A stretch of DNA of 64,000 nucleotides from Pseudomonadota bacterium (GTDB taxonomy: Bacteria; Bdellovibrionota_C; UBA2361; OMII01): NCBI GenBank assembly GCA_038134595.1, contig JAYPVM010000005.1:1-64000 (forward strand). The letters are read 5' to 3'. Shown in pieces: positions 8,600 to 18,353 of the stretch; within the stretch, counting starts at the first letter, position 1, and each line of letters starts with the position of its first letter. Both the position numbers and the translations under genes were made by a program. Below the pieces are notes generated by a model. It saw only the letters and a program-made list of their open reading frames with translations. It ran no database searches and had not been told where the DNA came from.

Positions 8600-9091
8600 C
8601 TACAACACTTTCTCCTTAAGAGCCTTAGCAGCTGTGAATTTCACGCGCTTTCTCTTAGGAATGTTGATAACTTCGCCTGTTGCAGGATTTCTGCCCTGTC
8701 TGGCCTTTGACTCTCGAACGTAAAGCTTACCAAGACCCATGAGAGGTATCTTGTAACCCTTTCGTAGAGATCCCATCACGAAAGCTGCGATATCTTCGAC
8801 TATCTCTTTAGCCTCAGAACGCTTTCCTAGTCCGCAGAATGCACGAATGTTTTCAACAAACTCTGTCTGCGTATAGCTAAGAGTTGAGCCGTTGCGGGGC
8901 TTTGTCGGAACACGAGCTTTAGAAGCAGCTGCCGCAGCGGCCTTAGCTGGGGCTGCTTTCTTAGCTGGAGCTTTTTTTGCTACCTTTTTAACTGGCTTCT
9001 TTGCTGTTTTTTTAGCAGCAACTTTCTTAGCTGGCTTTGCTACTTTCTTCGTTGTTGTTTTCTTTGCTGACTTCGCAGGCTTCTTTGCCAT
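8600..9091 (-). CDS. HU-family DNA-binding protein with a histone H1-like Lys/Ala/Pro N-terminal tail
   Basis: GLGKLYVRESKARQGRNPATGEVINIP HU signature; repeated AKK/PAKK/VAKK; GAGGAG SD. Confidence 0.92.
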   Translation of the reverse strand: MAKKPAKSAKKTTTKKVAKPAKKVAAKKTAKKPVKKVAKKAPAKKAAPAKAAAAAASKARVPTKPRNGSTLSYTQTEFVENIRAFCGLGKRSEAKEIVEDIAAFVMGSLRKGYKIPLMGLGKLYVRESKARQGRNPATGEVINIPKRKRVKFTAAKALKEKVL

Positions 9092-9510
9092 ACGCTTTCT
9101 CCTCAAGAATGGGTATTAGTACCGTTGGTTCACCCCAGCTAGCTAGTAGCGTTAATTCGTTAGTAGCCAACTTAGGTATCACAATTATATTCAAGACCCG
9201 ATTCGTGGCGAACCAAGCAGCGGAGCTTGAAAATTCAACTGATGATAATTGCAAAAATAAGATTCCCGCAATAATAATTTTTCGCTGTGGTCCCATAAAA
9301 CGGGCGTTTTTTTACCATTTGGGAATAAATTTCGACCAAAAAGCCAGAAAGTTAATTAAAAAAAGGGGTAATAGTCCCGTTTTTGGGGCGTTTCCGTCCT
9401 CATGTGCGCTGTAAAGACCTCGTTTATTCGCAATCTAATGAGTATCATTGAGCTCTCCCAACTCATCACAATCGAGGGAAATGGATAGTGGTCTGACTGC
9501 CCCCCCAAGC

Positions 9511-10818
9511 CTAATTGTTGGCCTTTTGGGAGAGCCCGCGCTCTACTATTAAGCCACAGTGCTCAAGATACTTCTCAAGATTGAAGACCTTTTGAATACC
9601 TTCAATCGAGAGGGCTTTAACTATGTCAGGATCGTTCTCTGCTCTTGTAGCGAGTGGTTCTCCACCATCAAAAGCTGCGAGTGCGTGCTTCTGTACGAGA
9701 GTGTATGCGTCTTCTCGGCTAACGCCGGAGTCAACAAGAGCGAGAAGTAAGTGGCCCGAAAAAATAGTGCCCCGGGTACTTTCCAAGTTAAGTCTCATTT
9801 GCTCTGGAAACACCACTAAATTGGATACCACGGAAGTAAAGCGACGAAGCATGAAGTCTAGTGCAGTACATGCATCAGGCACGGCCACTCGCTCAACTGA
9901 GCTGTGACTTATGTCTCGTTCATGCCACAGCGCAACGTTCTCAAGTGAAGCTATTGAGTACGAGCGTACGAGCCGAGCGATACCACATAGATTTTCTGTC
10001 AGGATTGGATTTCGCTTGTGCGGCATAGCCGAAGATCCCTTTTGTCCTGGCGTAAAACCTTCCATCACTTCACGGACCTCTGTGCGCTGTAGATGCCTAA
10101 TCTCTGTGGAGAACCGCTCAATCGAGCCAGCGATTTGCGCTAAGCAGCTCATAAATTCTGCGTGCCTATCTCGAGCCACAACCTGAGTTGCCACCGGCTC
10201 AGGGCTTAGACCGAGTCGATTTAAGGCATGCGCCTCTACCTGAGGTAGAATCCCCGAATAGGTTCCAACGGCCCCGGAGATCTTACCGACCGATATCGTT
10301 TTGATAGCACTCTGAAGGCGCTGTTCTTGCCGCACTAATTCAGTGTACCAGCCGGCTAGCTTTACACCAAAGGTTGTCGGCTCCGCATGAATTCCGTGTG
10401 AACGACCGATGCAAGGTGTTTTTGCGAACTCTAGGGCGCGAGTACTAATAGAACTTTTGAGCTTTACCAGACGGCCTAATAGTTGCTCGCCTGCGCGCTT
10501 CATCTGAACCGCCAAGCAGGTATCAACGACATCGCTTGAGGTCATTCCTTTGTGAACAAATCTCGAAAGTGGGCCAACATGCTCTGCAACGTTAGTCAAA
10601 AACGCAATTACATCATGCTTTAGGGTGAGCTCCAGTTCATTGATTCGATCTACCGAAAAGCAAGCCTTGTCTGTGTATTGATCGAGCGCTTCTTGTGGTG
10701 CGGCGCCCACGCTTACTAATCCTTCTAGTGCATAGCGCTCGATGTCGAGCCATATAGCGTATCTGGTCTCGTCGCTCCAAATCTCCTGCATCTCTTTCGT
10801 AGAATATCGTGGTATCAT
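9511..10818 (-). CDS. purB: Adenylosuccinate lyase
   Basis: MIPRY start, KHDVIAF, GRSHGIHAEPTTFG, GSSAMPHKRNP. Confidence 0.97.
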   Translation of the reverse strand: MIPRYSTKEMQEIWSDETRYAIWLDIERYALEGLVSVGAAPQEALDQYTDKACFSVDRINELELTLKHDVIAFLTNVAEHVGPLSRFVHKGMTSSDVVDTCLAVQMKRAGEQLLGRLVKLKSSISTRALEFAKTPCIGRSHGIHAEPTTFGVKLAGWYTELVRQEQRLQSAIKTISVGKISGAVGTYSGILPQVEAHALNRLGLSPEPVATQVVARDRHAEFMSCLAQIAGSIERFSTEIRHLQRTEVREVMEGFTPGQKGSSAMPHKRNPILTENLCGIARLVRSYSIASLENVALWHERDISHSSVERVAVPDACTALDFMLRRFTSVVSNLVVFPEQMRLNLESTRGTIFSGHLLLALVDSGVSREDAYTLVQKHALAAFDGGEPLATRAENDPDIVKALSIEGIQKVFNLEKYLEHCGLIVERGLSQKANN

Positions 10819-11621
10819 AAGTTACTCACCAGCCTCTCTTCTCTTGCTTTATCTAAACTCAAACACGGCAAACCCTCGTAGATTGAACCGCATAGCAACG
10901 TTTCTAATCCTCGAATCTTCTCAGGCACGGTGTTGAGATATTTGTTGGCTGCTTCTAGCGCCAAAGTTGGGGTATTACTCCTTTCGCTGATATGCCCGAG
11001 AATGACGTGAAACAGCTCCGGATGTGCTATCTCAGAGAGAAGCTGGCCAGCTGTTTCGTTGCAAATATGCCCATGTGCCGATGCGATCCGTTGTTTTAGT
11101 TCCCACCTGTAACTACACGACTGTAGCATCTCTTGGTCGTGGTTCGACTCTAATACTATCGCATTAGCGCCCTTTACATGCTCGCGAACGAGTGTCGTGA
11201 CTCGCCCAAGATCGGTGCAGAGAACGAGCTTGCTCTCCTCAGAGTACAAGGCAAAAGCTACTGGATCTGCGGCATCATGAACAACGCTAAAGGGCTCAAT
11301 CTCTAATACGCCTATACAAAACCGTTCACCGGTCTTAAAAATCTCACGTGCCTTCGGCTTGGAGATGTGCTCCATGGTTTGCTCATTGGCGAAGACGGGA
11401 ATGTTGTATCGACGACTGAGCGTACCAACGCCGTTAATGTGATCAGCGTGTTCGTGGCTAACCACAATAGCATTAAGAGAACTAGCGTCGACACCGATCT
11501 CTGCCAAGCGAAGCTCAGCTTGCTTTCCTGACAACCCACAATCTACTAGAATACGTCTCCCGCCACCCTCAACGTAAGTGGCGTTGGCTTTACTTCCAGA
11601 TGATAAAACTGAGAAACGCAT
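10815..11621 (-). CDS. MBL-fold metallo-hydrolase (YycJ/WalJ-like)
   Basis: LSSGSKAN, SHEHADH, HDAADP, LESNHD, LGHISE; 4-nt overlap with purB. Confidence 0.88.
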   Translation of the reverse strand: MRFSVLSSGSKANATYVEGGGRRILVDCGLSGKQAELRLAEIGVDASSLNAIVVSHEHADHINGVGTLSRRYNIPVFANEQTMEHISKPKAREIFKTGERFCIGVLEIEPFSVVHDAADPVAFALYSEESKLVLCTDLGRVTTLVREHVKGANAIVLESNHDQEMLQSCSYRWELKQRIASAHGHICNETAGQLLSEIAHPELFHVILGHISERSNTPTLALEAANKYLNTVPEKIRGLETLLCGSIYEGLPCLSLDKAREERLVSNL

Positions 11622-11660
11622 GATGTGTAAGATGGAACCACTAAACTATCGTTGACGCAA

Positions 11661-12452
11661 CTAATTTGCGATTTGAACTTCAGGCGAGGAAGCTATCTGC
11701 CTGTCAGATAAATCCTTCACCTTAAGAGCGATATCATCAAATATAACGCTCACCTTTGAATCCTTGGTCGCGACGGGGTTGCCTGTATCGCCCCCAATGC
11801 GAATATCCATCTCGATAGGGATCTGGGCAAGCATTGGGACTTGAAACTCTGCCGCGGTTTTCGCTCCGCCCCCTTCCCCAAAGATGGGCATGGTGGTTCC
11901 GTCGGGCAGAGTCACACCGGACATGTTCTCTATGATGCCCAACACGGGCACATTTACTTTTTTGAGCATGTTGATGGACTTGCGAACGTCAGCGCACGCA
12001 ACCTCCTGCGGAGTCGTTACGACAACTGCTCCTGTTAACCTTACAAGCTGTGAGAGCGAAAGCTGGGCATCACCAGTGCCTGGGGGCATGTCAATAATCA
12101 TGTAGTCGAGTTCCCCCCAGTCGACATCTTCAAACATCTGATGAAGAGCCTTGTTAAACATCGGCCCCCGCCAGATAACCGCATCGTCGGGATGTTGAAG
12201 AAAAAATCCCAGGGAGATGTATTTAATCCCGTATTTCTGGGGTGGAATGAGCCGCTCCTCGTGGTTTGGCACTACACTTCCGCCCCCCAGCAGCGTCGGA
12301 ATACTGGGGCCATAAAAATCGCTGTCGATTAACCCTACCCTAGCACCGGTCTTAGCTAGTGATATGGCTAAGTTAACGGCAATTGTCGATTTACCAACAC
12401 CACCCTTTCCCGAAATCACAGGAATTATCTTTTTCGCTGATAGATGTGACAT
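11661..12452 (-). CDS. mrp: Mrp/ApbC/NBP35-family ATPase
   Basis: SGKGGVGKST, D-x-YGPS, WRGPM, DMPPGTGD, VVTTPQ, ENMS. Confidence 0.92.
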   Translation of the reverse strand: MSHLSAKKIIPVISGKGGVGKSTIAVNLAISLAKTGARVGLIDSDFYGPSIPTLLGGGSVVPNHEERLIPPQKYGIKYISLGFFLQHPDDAVIWRGPMFNKALHQMFEDVDWGELDYMIIDMPPGTGDAQLSLSQLVRLTGAVVVTTPQEVACADVRKSINMLKKVNVPVLGIIENMSGVTLPDGTTMPIFGEGGGAKTAAEFQVPMLAQIPIEMDIRIGGDTGNPVATKDSKVSVIFDDIALKVKDLSDRQIASSPEVQIAN

Positions 12453-12651
12453 GCAACTTACCCCAATATTTATACGCCTTCGAGTAGCTGTATTTACAGC
12501 ATAAACATCGCCTTGTGTCCATTCCTTCAGGTTTTACAGTTAGTTAAAAAGTAGCCTCGTACGCCACTTTAAAGCCATTTTTTAATCGAATCGGGGAGCT
12601 CTATGAGTGATGACTTGTCAATTTCCCTCTTAAAATAATCCTAAAGGTCGC

Positions 12652-13137
12652 TTATTGCATGCGTTTTTCCTTCTCCTCGGTCCGATTGCGAAATCTCAAG
12701 AGAGAGAGCTCTGCACCCGATGCGGCAGATGTCCGAGAAACTTGCCGCACAACGGTCCCTAGTGGCTTTAACTCAACCGCGATCGAGGCGCTCGATAGTG
12801 TCTCGCCTGAGCCTTTAAGCTGTCTTAGTCTTAGAAATAGGGAAAACTTATCCTCTGTCGTGTTTCTAATTGAGACCTTCCAGTACCCATCGTTTGTGCC
12901 CGAAAGCGATGCTTCTATCGGCTGATTACCTCCAGCAAATAGGTCATCTCCGGCCACCTCGCTTTGAATAGCCCTGGTGCTTGCAGCTCCTACCGACGAA
13001 CTTGCGATTACACCAGGCCGCGGGTTTTTGTGCTGCGGTGCAACGTCGGCCCCACCTGCATAGGCATCGAGCAGTGGAAGGCTGCCGATAATAAAAGCGA
13101 TGATTAATTGACAATACAACCCGACTCTTTTGTGCAT
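12652..13137 (-). CDS. Exported hypothetical protein (beta-rich C-terminal domain)
   Basis: AGGAG SD before MHKRV; signal-peptide-like N-terminus ending AYA. Confidence 0.65.
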   Translation of the reverse strand: MHKRVGLYCQLIIAFIIGSLPLLDAYAGGADVAPQHKNPRPGVIASSSVGAASTRAIQSEVAGDDLFAGGNQPIEASLSGTNDGYWKVSIRNTTEDKFSLFLRLRQLKGSGETLSSASIAVELKPLGTVVRQVSRTSAASGAELSLLRFRNRTEEKEKRMQ

Positions 13138-13304
13138 CTTATCTCCTGCTTTTTTCGATATCCTTACCCTATCAGCAAGTGGCAGTCTCAGAAAATATAC
13201 CAATCGCCGAACGAGACCAATTGTTATAGCCTATTGGCTAGGGCCATCTGAGCATGTCGCCAAATATGATGCACTGAATGGCGTCATCTGATAGGTGAAA
13301 TATT

Positions 13305-13622
13305 ATGATACTTCTTGCTTACACCACGACGCCAACAAGAGAGATTGCTATAGAAATTGGGGAAAGACTGCTCCAGTTAAAGGTTGCCGCGTGCATCTCA
13401 ATTCAAGGGCCCGTTACCTCGATGTATCGCTGGAAGGGTGCTATTGAGACCGCAGAAGAGTACATTCTTATAATAAAAACGCTAGAGAGTCACAAAGACT
13501 GCGTTTCATCTACAATCCTCGAAAAACATCCCTATGAGACTCCAGAGCTGATATGGAATACCCCCTCAGGGGTCGAGGCTGATTATGCACAATGGATTAA
13601 TGATTCTGTCAGTGAGCCGTGA
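13305..13622 (+). CDS. cutA: Divalent-cation tolerance protein CutA
   Basis: AACI, SMYRWKG, HPYETPEL, YAQWI. Confidence 0.93.
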   Translation: MILLAYTTTPTREIAIEIGERLLQLKVAACISIQGPVTSMYRWKGAIETAEEYILIIKTLESHKDCVSSTILEKHPYETPELIWNTPSGVEADYAQWINDSVSEP

Positions 13623-13728
13623 TTCGGTGGCCTGTGATACTGTTAATACCGCTTAGAGTGATGATTGAGAGCGTGATTGTTTAGAGCCGCCTTCTCCCTC
13701 ATTTAATACGGCATCTAGCTTTGGTTCC

Positions 13729-14052
13729 TTATCTGTTTCTATTATCCACAATCACCCCCACTCCCGAGTTACCTATGTTGCCTTCTATATTGGAAGGGGT
13801 CGGCTGTATGTTAACCGGAACAGGCCCTGAGCTCGACCAGACCCTCATTCGCTGACCAGTCTCTGTTTCAATCTCCTCTCCCGGCAGTACAGGGGGTAGT
13901 CGGTCGTTATATTGTCTTGTGGTCGGCGTGGAACGCCCGTGAAGACTGGAGGGATGAAGCTCGTCTCCATCTGCAAATGCTCTCGCCGAACAAAGAAACT
14001 GCAGTAAAAACACACCAAGGGTAACGGCTACTAACAAGTGATTTATCTTCAT
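13729..14052 (-). CDS. Exported hypothetical protein
   Basis: Signal peptide ending AFA; Pro-rich mature part. Confidence 0.65.
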   Translation of the reverse strand: MKINHLLVAVTLGVFLLQFLCSARAFADGDELHPSSLHGRSTPTTRQYNDRLPPVLPGEEIETETGQRMRVWSSSGPVPVNIQPTPSNIEGNIGNSGVGVIVDNRNR

Positions 14053-14138
14053 TCTCTTAGAGTACTACGACATAACCTTTTGTCGCAAAGGGATTTATTG
14101 GATTGGTTTATGTGAAGCCATAAAGTAAACTCTCTGTC

Positions 14139-14792
14139 ATGAAAGTTACTGTGCTAATTTCCGGCAGGGGAAGCAATCTCAAAGCTCTTCATAAGGGGGC
14201 AAAAAGATACACTATTGGCGCTGTCATTAGTGACAGTGCTGATGCTGATGGCCTTCGCTGGGCCAAGGAGCAGGGGCTTAGAACGGCTGCGGTTCATAAA
14301 AAAGCATTCGCCTCAAAAAATGAATTCAACTCGCATCTTCTAACAACGGTCCAGGAAACAGGCCCTGAGCTTGTTCTGCTTGCAGGCTTTATGTCCATAC
14401 TACCCCCAGGCTTTGTTGCTCATTTTTCCGGAAGGATTCTGAACATCCACCCCTCCCTACTCCCTAAATACCCCGGCCTGCGTACACACGAAAGGGCGCT
14501 AGCAGCGAAGGAGTCGACACACGGATGCACAGTGCATCTAGTAGATGATGGGCTAGATACCGGCCTCTCGCTAGCCCAGGCTATTGTGCCGGTGCTGGAG
14601 GGTGATACGGCTTCGTCGCTTGCAGACCGAACTTTAGTAGAAGAGCACAAACTTTTTTGTTGGGTCGTTAATGCTTGGGCTAGCCGAGACATTCAAGTTG
14701 TCTCTAAAAAAGTTATCTATTCAGAGGACGTAGCTCAGTCAGCAAGAGAATTTGGATTTACACTAAACGATGTGCTTCCATACGTAGAATAG
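14139..14792 (+). CDS. purN: Phosphoribosylglycinamide formyltransferase
   Basis: ISGRGSNL, LAGFM, NIHPSLLP, GCTVH, LDTG. Confidence 0.96.
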   Translation: MKVTVLISGRGSNLKALHKGAKRYTIGAVISDSADADGLRWAKEQGLRTAAVHKKAFASKNEFNSHLLTTVQETGPELVLLAGFMSILPPGFVAHFSGRILNIHPSLLPKYPGLRTHERALAAKESTHGCTVHLVDDGLDTGLSLAQAIVPVLEGDTASSLADRTLVEEHKLFCWVVNAWASRDIQVVSKKVIYSEDVAQSAREFGFTLNDVLPYVE

Positions 14793-14826
14793 ATAAAAAA
14801 GAAGATAAGCAAGCTAAGGAAACATT

Positions 14827-15537
14827 ATGAACAAGATCGATGTCAGATACGCGGGACACTCAGCAGTTTTTATCGGCATGTCTGGAATGACCATCGCCAT
14901 TGACCCATGGCTAAAGGGAAACCCCTTGTGCCCTGAGAGCCTCCATGAACCAGCAGGCGTCGATGTAATTGCGCTTACTCACGGGCATTCCGATCATGCT
15001 AGCGATGTGGTGCGCGTTCAGGCTTGTACGAACGCAATGGTGGTCGCCACGTATGAACTTGCCATGATTCTAATCAAAGAGGGTGTGCCTGCAGACAAGG
15101 TTATCCCGATGAACAAGGGAGGAACCTACACGGTAAGTGACGCGCTAAAAATCACCCTCACAAATGCATTTCACTCAAGCTCGTACGACACACCGGCAGG
15201 TCCAGTGTATGCGGGGGAAGCGTGTGGTGTTGTAGTCTCCAATGACCAATCCGCCGTGTATCACGCAGGCGACACTCTTTTATTTGACGATATGAAGCTC
15301 ATTGGCCAAGAGTATCGCTTGGCGGCCGCATTTTTGCCGATTGGCGACAGGTTTACCATGGGCCCCCAAGATGCCGCACAGGCCGCCCGGTTGATTTCTG
15401 CCGGCGTTGCTATTCCCATTCACTACAAAACATTTCCGCTATTAACGGGCACATACGAGGAATTTGGTGCCGCATGTGACAAGCTTTCTGTCGTCCATCA
15501 GGAGCTGATAATAGGCGAATCCACAACGCTATCTTAG
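14827..15537 (+). CDS. Metal-dependent hydrolase (MBL fold, UPF0173-like)
   Basis: GHSA, IDPW, THGHSDH, YHAGDT, LPIGDRFTM, IPIHY. Confidence 0.9.
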   Translation: MNKIDVRYAGHSAVFIGMSGMTIAIDPWLKGNPLCPESLHEPAGVDVIALTHGHSDHASDVVRVQACTNAMVVATYELAMILIKEGVPADKVIPMNKGGTYTVSDALKITLTNAFHSSSYDTPAGPVYAGEACGVVVSNDQSAVYHAGDTLLFDDMKLIGQEYRLAAAFLPIGDRFTMGPQDAAQAARLISAGVAIPIHYKTFPLLTGTYEEFGAACDKLSVVHQELIIGESTTLS

Positions 15538-15608
15538 ACAGACAGCGGCGTTAACCTTGAGGTATGAGTATGTTACTGATACTCTATGGCGTTCCATAGG
15601 GTTTTTAT

Positions 15609-17627
15609 ATGGTACTACCTGACGAGTCATTACAATCAATAAAAGAAGAAGAAGCTATCTTTCAACAGGTCAAAGATAGTTTGGAAAGTCAGCTCCTACT
15701 CGCCCAGGACAAGCTTCAGCGTGAAAACAAGCGCGCCCGAGCCCTCACAAAGCAGATCCATGAAACGTCGAGAGTGGATGATAAAGCCCTCCTTGCATCC
15801 GACGAGGCCGTCGCACATGGACTAAAAGACGAGAAGAGACTTGAAATAGACCGGTTGCACAAACAACTTAGTCACCCCTACTTTGCCCGAATTACACTAG
15901 AAGAGGAGTGTAACAAAAGGGGCCTACATCACATCGAATACAAACTTGGATACCACGCCAACATTGAATTGCGAATAATCGACTGGCGAAAAGCTCCCAT
16001 CTCGAAGTTATACTACGAGTACAAAGAGGGCGAAGATTACATTGAGGAGATTCTCGGTCGAGAGCGAATCGGCAGAGTCACTCTTAGAAATAGAGTGGAT
16101 GTGAAGGAGGCGAATCTTGTTGGGGTAACCAATAGGCACGGCGCCTTTAGATGGGACGCACAGAATGCGCGCTGGATGAGGATTGACGGCAAATCCGGAG
16201 CCCCTAGAGAGCAGGCGGGCCAGTTGCCGTCAGTACTTTCCCTTATCACTCCAGAGCAGTTTCGCTCCATTACAGTGGATGCCGATTCGGCAATCCTGAT
16301 ACAAGGAATTGCAGGATCAGGTAAAACAACAGTAGCGCTTTACCGTATTTCCTGGTTACTACATGAAGACAACTCACCGCTAACGATGGAGCAAACTCTC
16401 TGTCTTGTTAGAAGCCCCGTATTGCGTTCCTATATCGGTAACTCTCTTCCCGCCCTCGGACTAGACGGAATACATGCGCTTGCGTACCACGAATGGGCAT
16501 GTAAGCTTCTAACAAGGGGCGATACAAGCCGTATGGTTCATCGATCACAAAGCTCCCTTAACCTTGAAGTTCGTCGGTTCAAGCGGTCCTTTCGACTACT
16601 CGAAGCTATTGAGAGCAGCGCGCCGTTTGCGCTTGACGCCGGGCCAGCGCGAAAACAGCTAGAGCTTATCCTAGTCGATATTCTTGGCAAGCTCCGTCTC
16701 GAAGTCGCCTCTTCTAGCATGCCGTTGGACGGCACCACAGACAAAACTCTCAAAGCAGTGTTCGACCACACTCGTAGCAACTTTGAACAGGATATGTTTG
16801 ACTGGGAAGACGATGCGCTCTTGCTTCGAATTTTTCAGCTAAGCAATCGAAGGGATGAGGTGTGCGGTACATGGGGGCACATCATGGCAGACGAGGTTCA
16901 AGACCTTTCTCCGACTGAACTTGCCACTATCGTAGCGTCAGTAAAAAACCACAGTGGACTTACGCTTGTCGGTGATACTTTCCAAAACCTCGACGCCACA
17001 GAGGCATTCCCTGGCTGGAAGCAACTCTGCAAACATTGGAATTTCACCGATGACATGTCTCGCTACATCTCCTTAGAGATAAGCCACCGCAGCACTCGAC
17101 CAATTATGCAGCTCGCCAATTATGTTCAGGGGCACGAAGCGCCTACACACGGTCGCCCTGGACGCACACCTATTTGGTTTCGATGTAAGGACGAGAGTCA
17201 GGGTGTGATTTATGCTAGTAAGTGGCTAAACAAGGCGACCACATTATACCCAAATATGCTGGTCGCGGTACTTTGCTCTTCTATGAAAGAGGCTTCGGCT
17301 GCATTTAAACTTCTCGAGCCAACCTTTAAGAACTCCATACGCTTGGGGAGTCAGGCAAGTTTTTCTTTCGATAACGGAATCGTTGTTACGGAGGTTTCTC
17401 AAGTAAAGGGCCTTGAGTTTCACTCGGTTCTCATGTGGAACCCCTCTCGCTGGCATTATCCCCAAAACGCGATTGGTCGAAACTCGTTATATGTAGGTAT
17501 AACTCGGGCAGAAGAAAATCTCAGCCTTGTAACGTGGGATCAGGCCTCGAAATTACTACCGAAGTTTCACACCAGCTCTCTCATTAGAAAGCAGGACATT
17601 GCTTCCTGGTCTGAAGATGAGCAATAG
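15609..17627 (+). CDS. HelD-like SF1 ATPase (RNA polymerase recycling factor family)
   Basis: PYFARI...IIDWR-x-APIS-x-LYY N-terminal signature, GIAGSGKTT, DEVQD, GD-x-x-Q, KGLEF, YVGITRA. Confidence 0.85.
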   Translation: MVLPDESLQSIKEEEAIFQQVKDSLESQLLLAQDKLQRENKRARALTKQIHETSRVDDKALLASDEAVAHGLKDEKRLEIDRLHKQLSHPYFARITLEEECNKRGLHHIEYKLGYHANIELRIIDWRKAPISKLYYEYKEGEDYIEEILGRERIGRVTLRNRVDVKEANLVGVTNRHGAFRWDAQNARWMRIDGKSGAPREQAGQLPSVLSLITPEQFRSITVDADSAILIQGIAGSGKTTVALYRISWLLHEDNSPLTMEQTLCLVRSPVLRSYIGNSLPALGLDGIHALAYHEWACKLLTRGDTSRMVHRSQSSLNLEVRRFKRSFRLLEAIESSAPFALDAGPARKQLELILVDILGKLRLEVASSSMPLDGTTDKTLKAVFDHTRSNFEQDMFDWEDDALLLRIFQLSNRRDEVCGTWGHIMADEVQDLSPTELATIVASVKNHSGLTLVGDTFQNLDATEAFPGWKQLCKHWNFTDDMSRYISLEISHRSTRPIMQLANYVQGHEAPTHGRPGRTPIWFRCKDESQGVIYASKWLNKATTLYPNMLVAVLCSSMKEASAAFKLLEPTFKNSIRLGSQASFSFDNGIVVTEVSQVKGLEFHSVLMWNPSRWHYPQNAIGRNSLYVGITRAEENLSLVTWDQASKLLPKFHTSSLIRKQDIASWSEDEQ

Positions 17628-17826
17628 ACTCCTTTAGAATTAAAAAAACGATTTCTCGCCCATTTGTCTTAACTGTCCTTAGGTAGGCAGGAGGTCCTTT
17701 GTAGATTATGAGGTCCTGGTATTTTTAAAGGAGAGCTGGACGTTTATTGAAAAACGGATCTTTATAGCCCGAAAAAAAATTACATGCGTTTGTTAAGAAA
17801 CTACATGCTTATCAAGAGAGAAAAAA

Positions 17827-17912
17827 TGGTGCCCAAGAGAGGACTTGAACCTCCACGGCCTTTCAGCCACCAGCACCTCAAGCTGGCGTGTCTACCATTC
17901 CACCACCTGGGC
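17827..17912 (-). tRNA. tRNA-Leu(GAG)
   Basis: GCCCAGGTGGTGGAATGGTAGACACG-CCAGC-TTGAGGT-GCTGG, long variable arm, GGTTCAAGTCC, encoded CCA; classic position downstream of secG. Confidence 0.97.
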
Positions 17913-17964
17913 ATTTGAATCGATCACTACCTACAAAAACTAAGACGTTAGGTTGTCTAATATC

Positions 17965-18306
17965 CTATTGATCAGCCGACTTGGACTCTTCAGCGGCAGC
18001 AACCTTCTCAACAGACCCCTGCACCTTATCGATATCCAATCCTTCGGTAATGTCCGCAGGAGAGGCAGCAAAGTTACCACCCTTAGCGGATAATCTCACC
18101 AATAGGACTGATGTTAACATGAAGGCAATTGCAATGAAAGTAGTTGCGCGTACAAGAATAGAAGACGCACCTCCTACACCAAATAATGAGTTCGAGCCAC
18201 CACCCATAACAGCTCCAACATCTGCCCCTTTACCCTGTTGCAAGAGCACTAACGTAACCAAAACCAAAGCTAGAACAACATGTATGGAAAGAACAATAAT
18301 ATACAT
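17965..18306 (-). CDS. secG: Preprotein translocase subunit SecG
   Basis: VLLQQGKGAD-x-GA...SLFG, two TM segments, followed by tRNA-Leu. Confidence 0.95.
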   Translation of the reverse strand: MYIIVLSIHVVLALVLVTLVLLQQGKGADVGAVMGGGSNSLFGVGGASSILVRATTFIAIAFMLTSVLLVRLSAKGGNFAASPADITEGLDIDKVQGSVEKVAAAEESKSADQ

Positions 18307-18353
18307 TCGATATATCTCCCTATCTGCTCAGTTCACTGTATGCGAGTAACATA

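Noticed and set aside
8892..9414. Ala/Phe-rich ORF 8892-9119 and ORFs 9027-9296 and 9037-9414
   Set aside because: Antisense or alternative frames of the Lys-rich HU tail and its promoter region.
17629..17733. 11-bp imperfect inverted repeats and a GAGGTCCT direct repeat next to the tRNA 3' end (MITE or att scar?)
   Set aside because: Short and AT-rich, with no second copy, no duplicated tRNA end and no adjacent integrase in the window.
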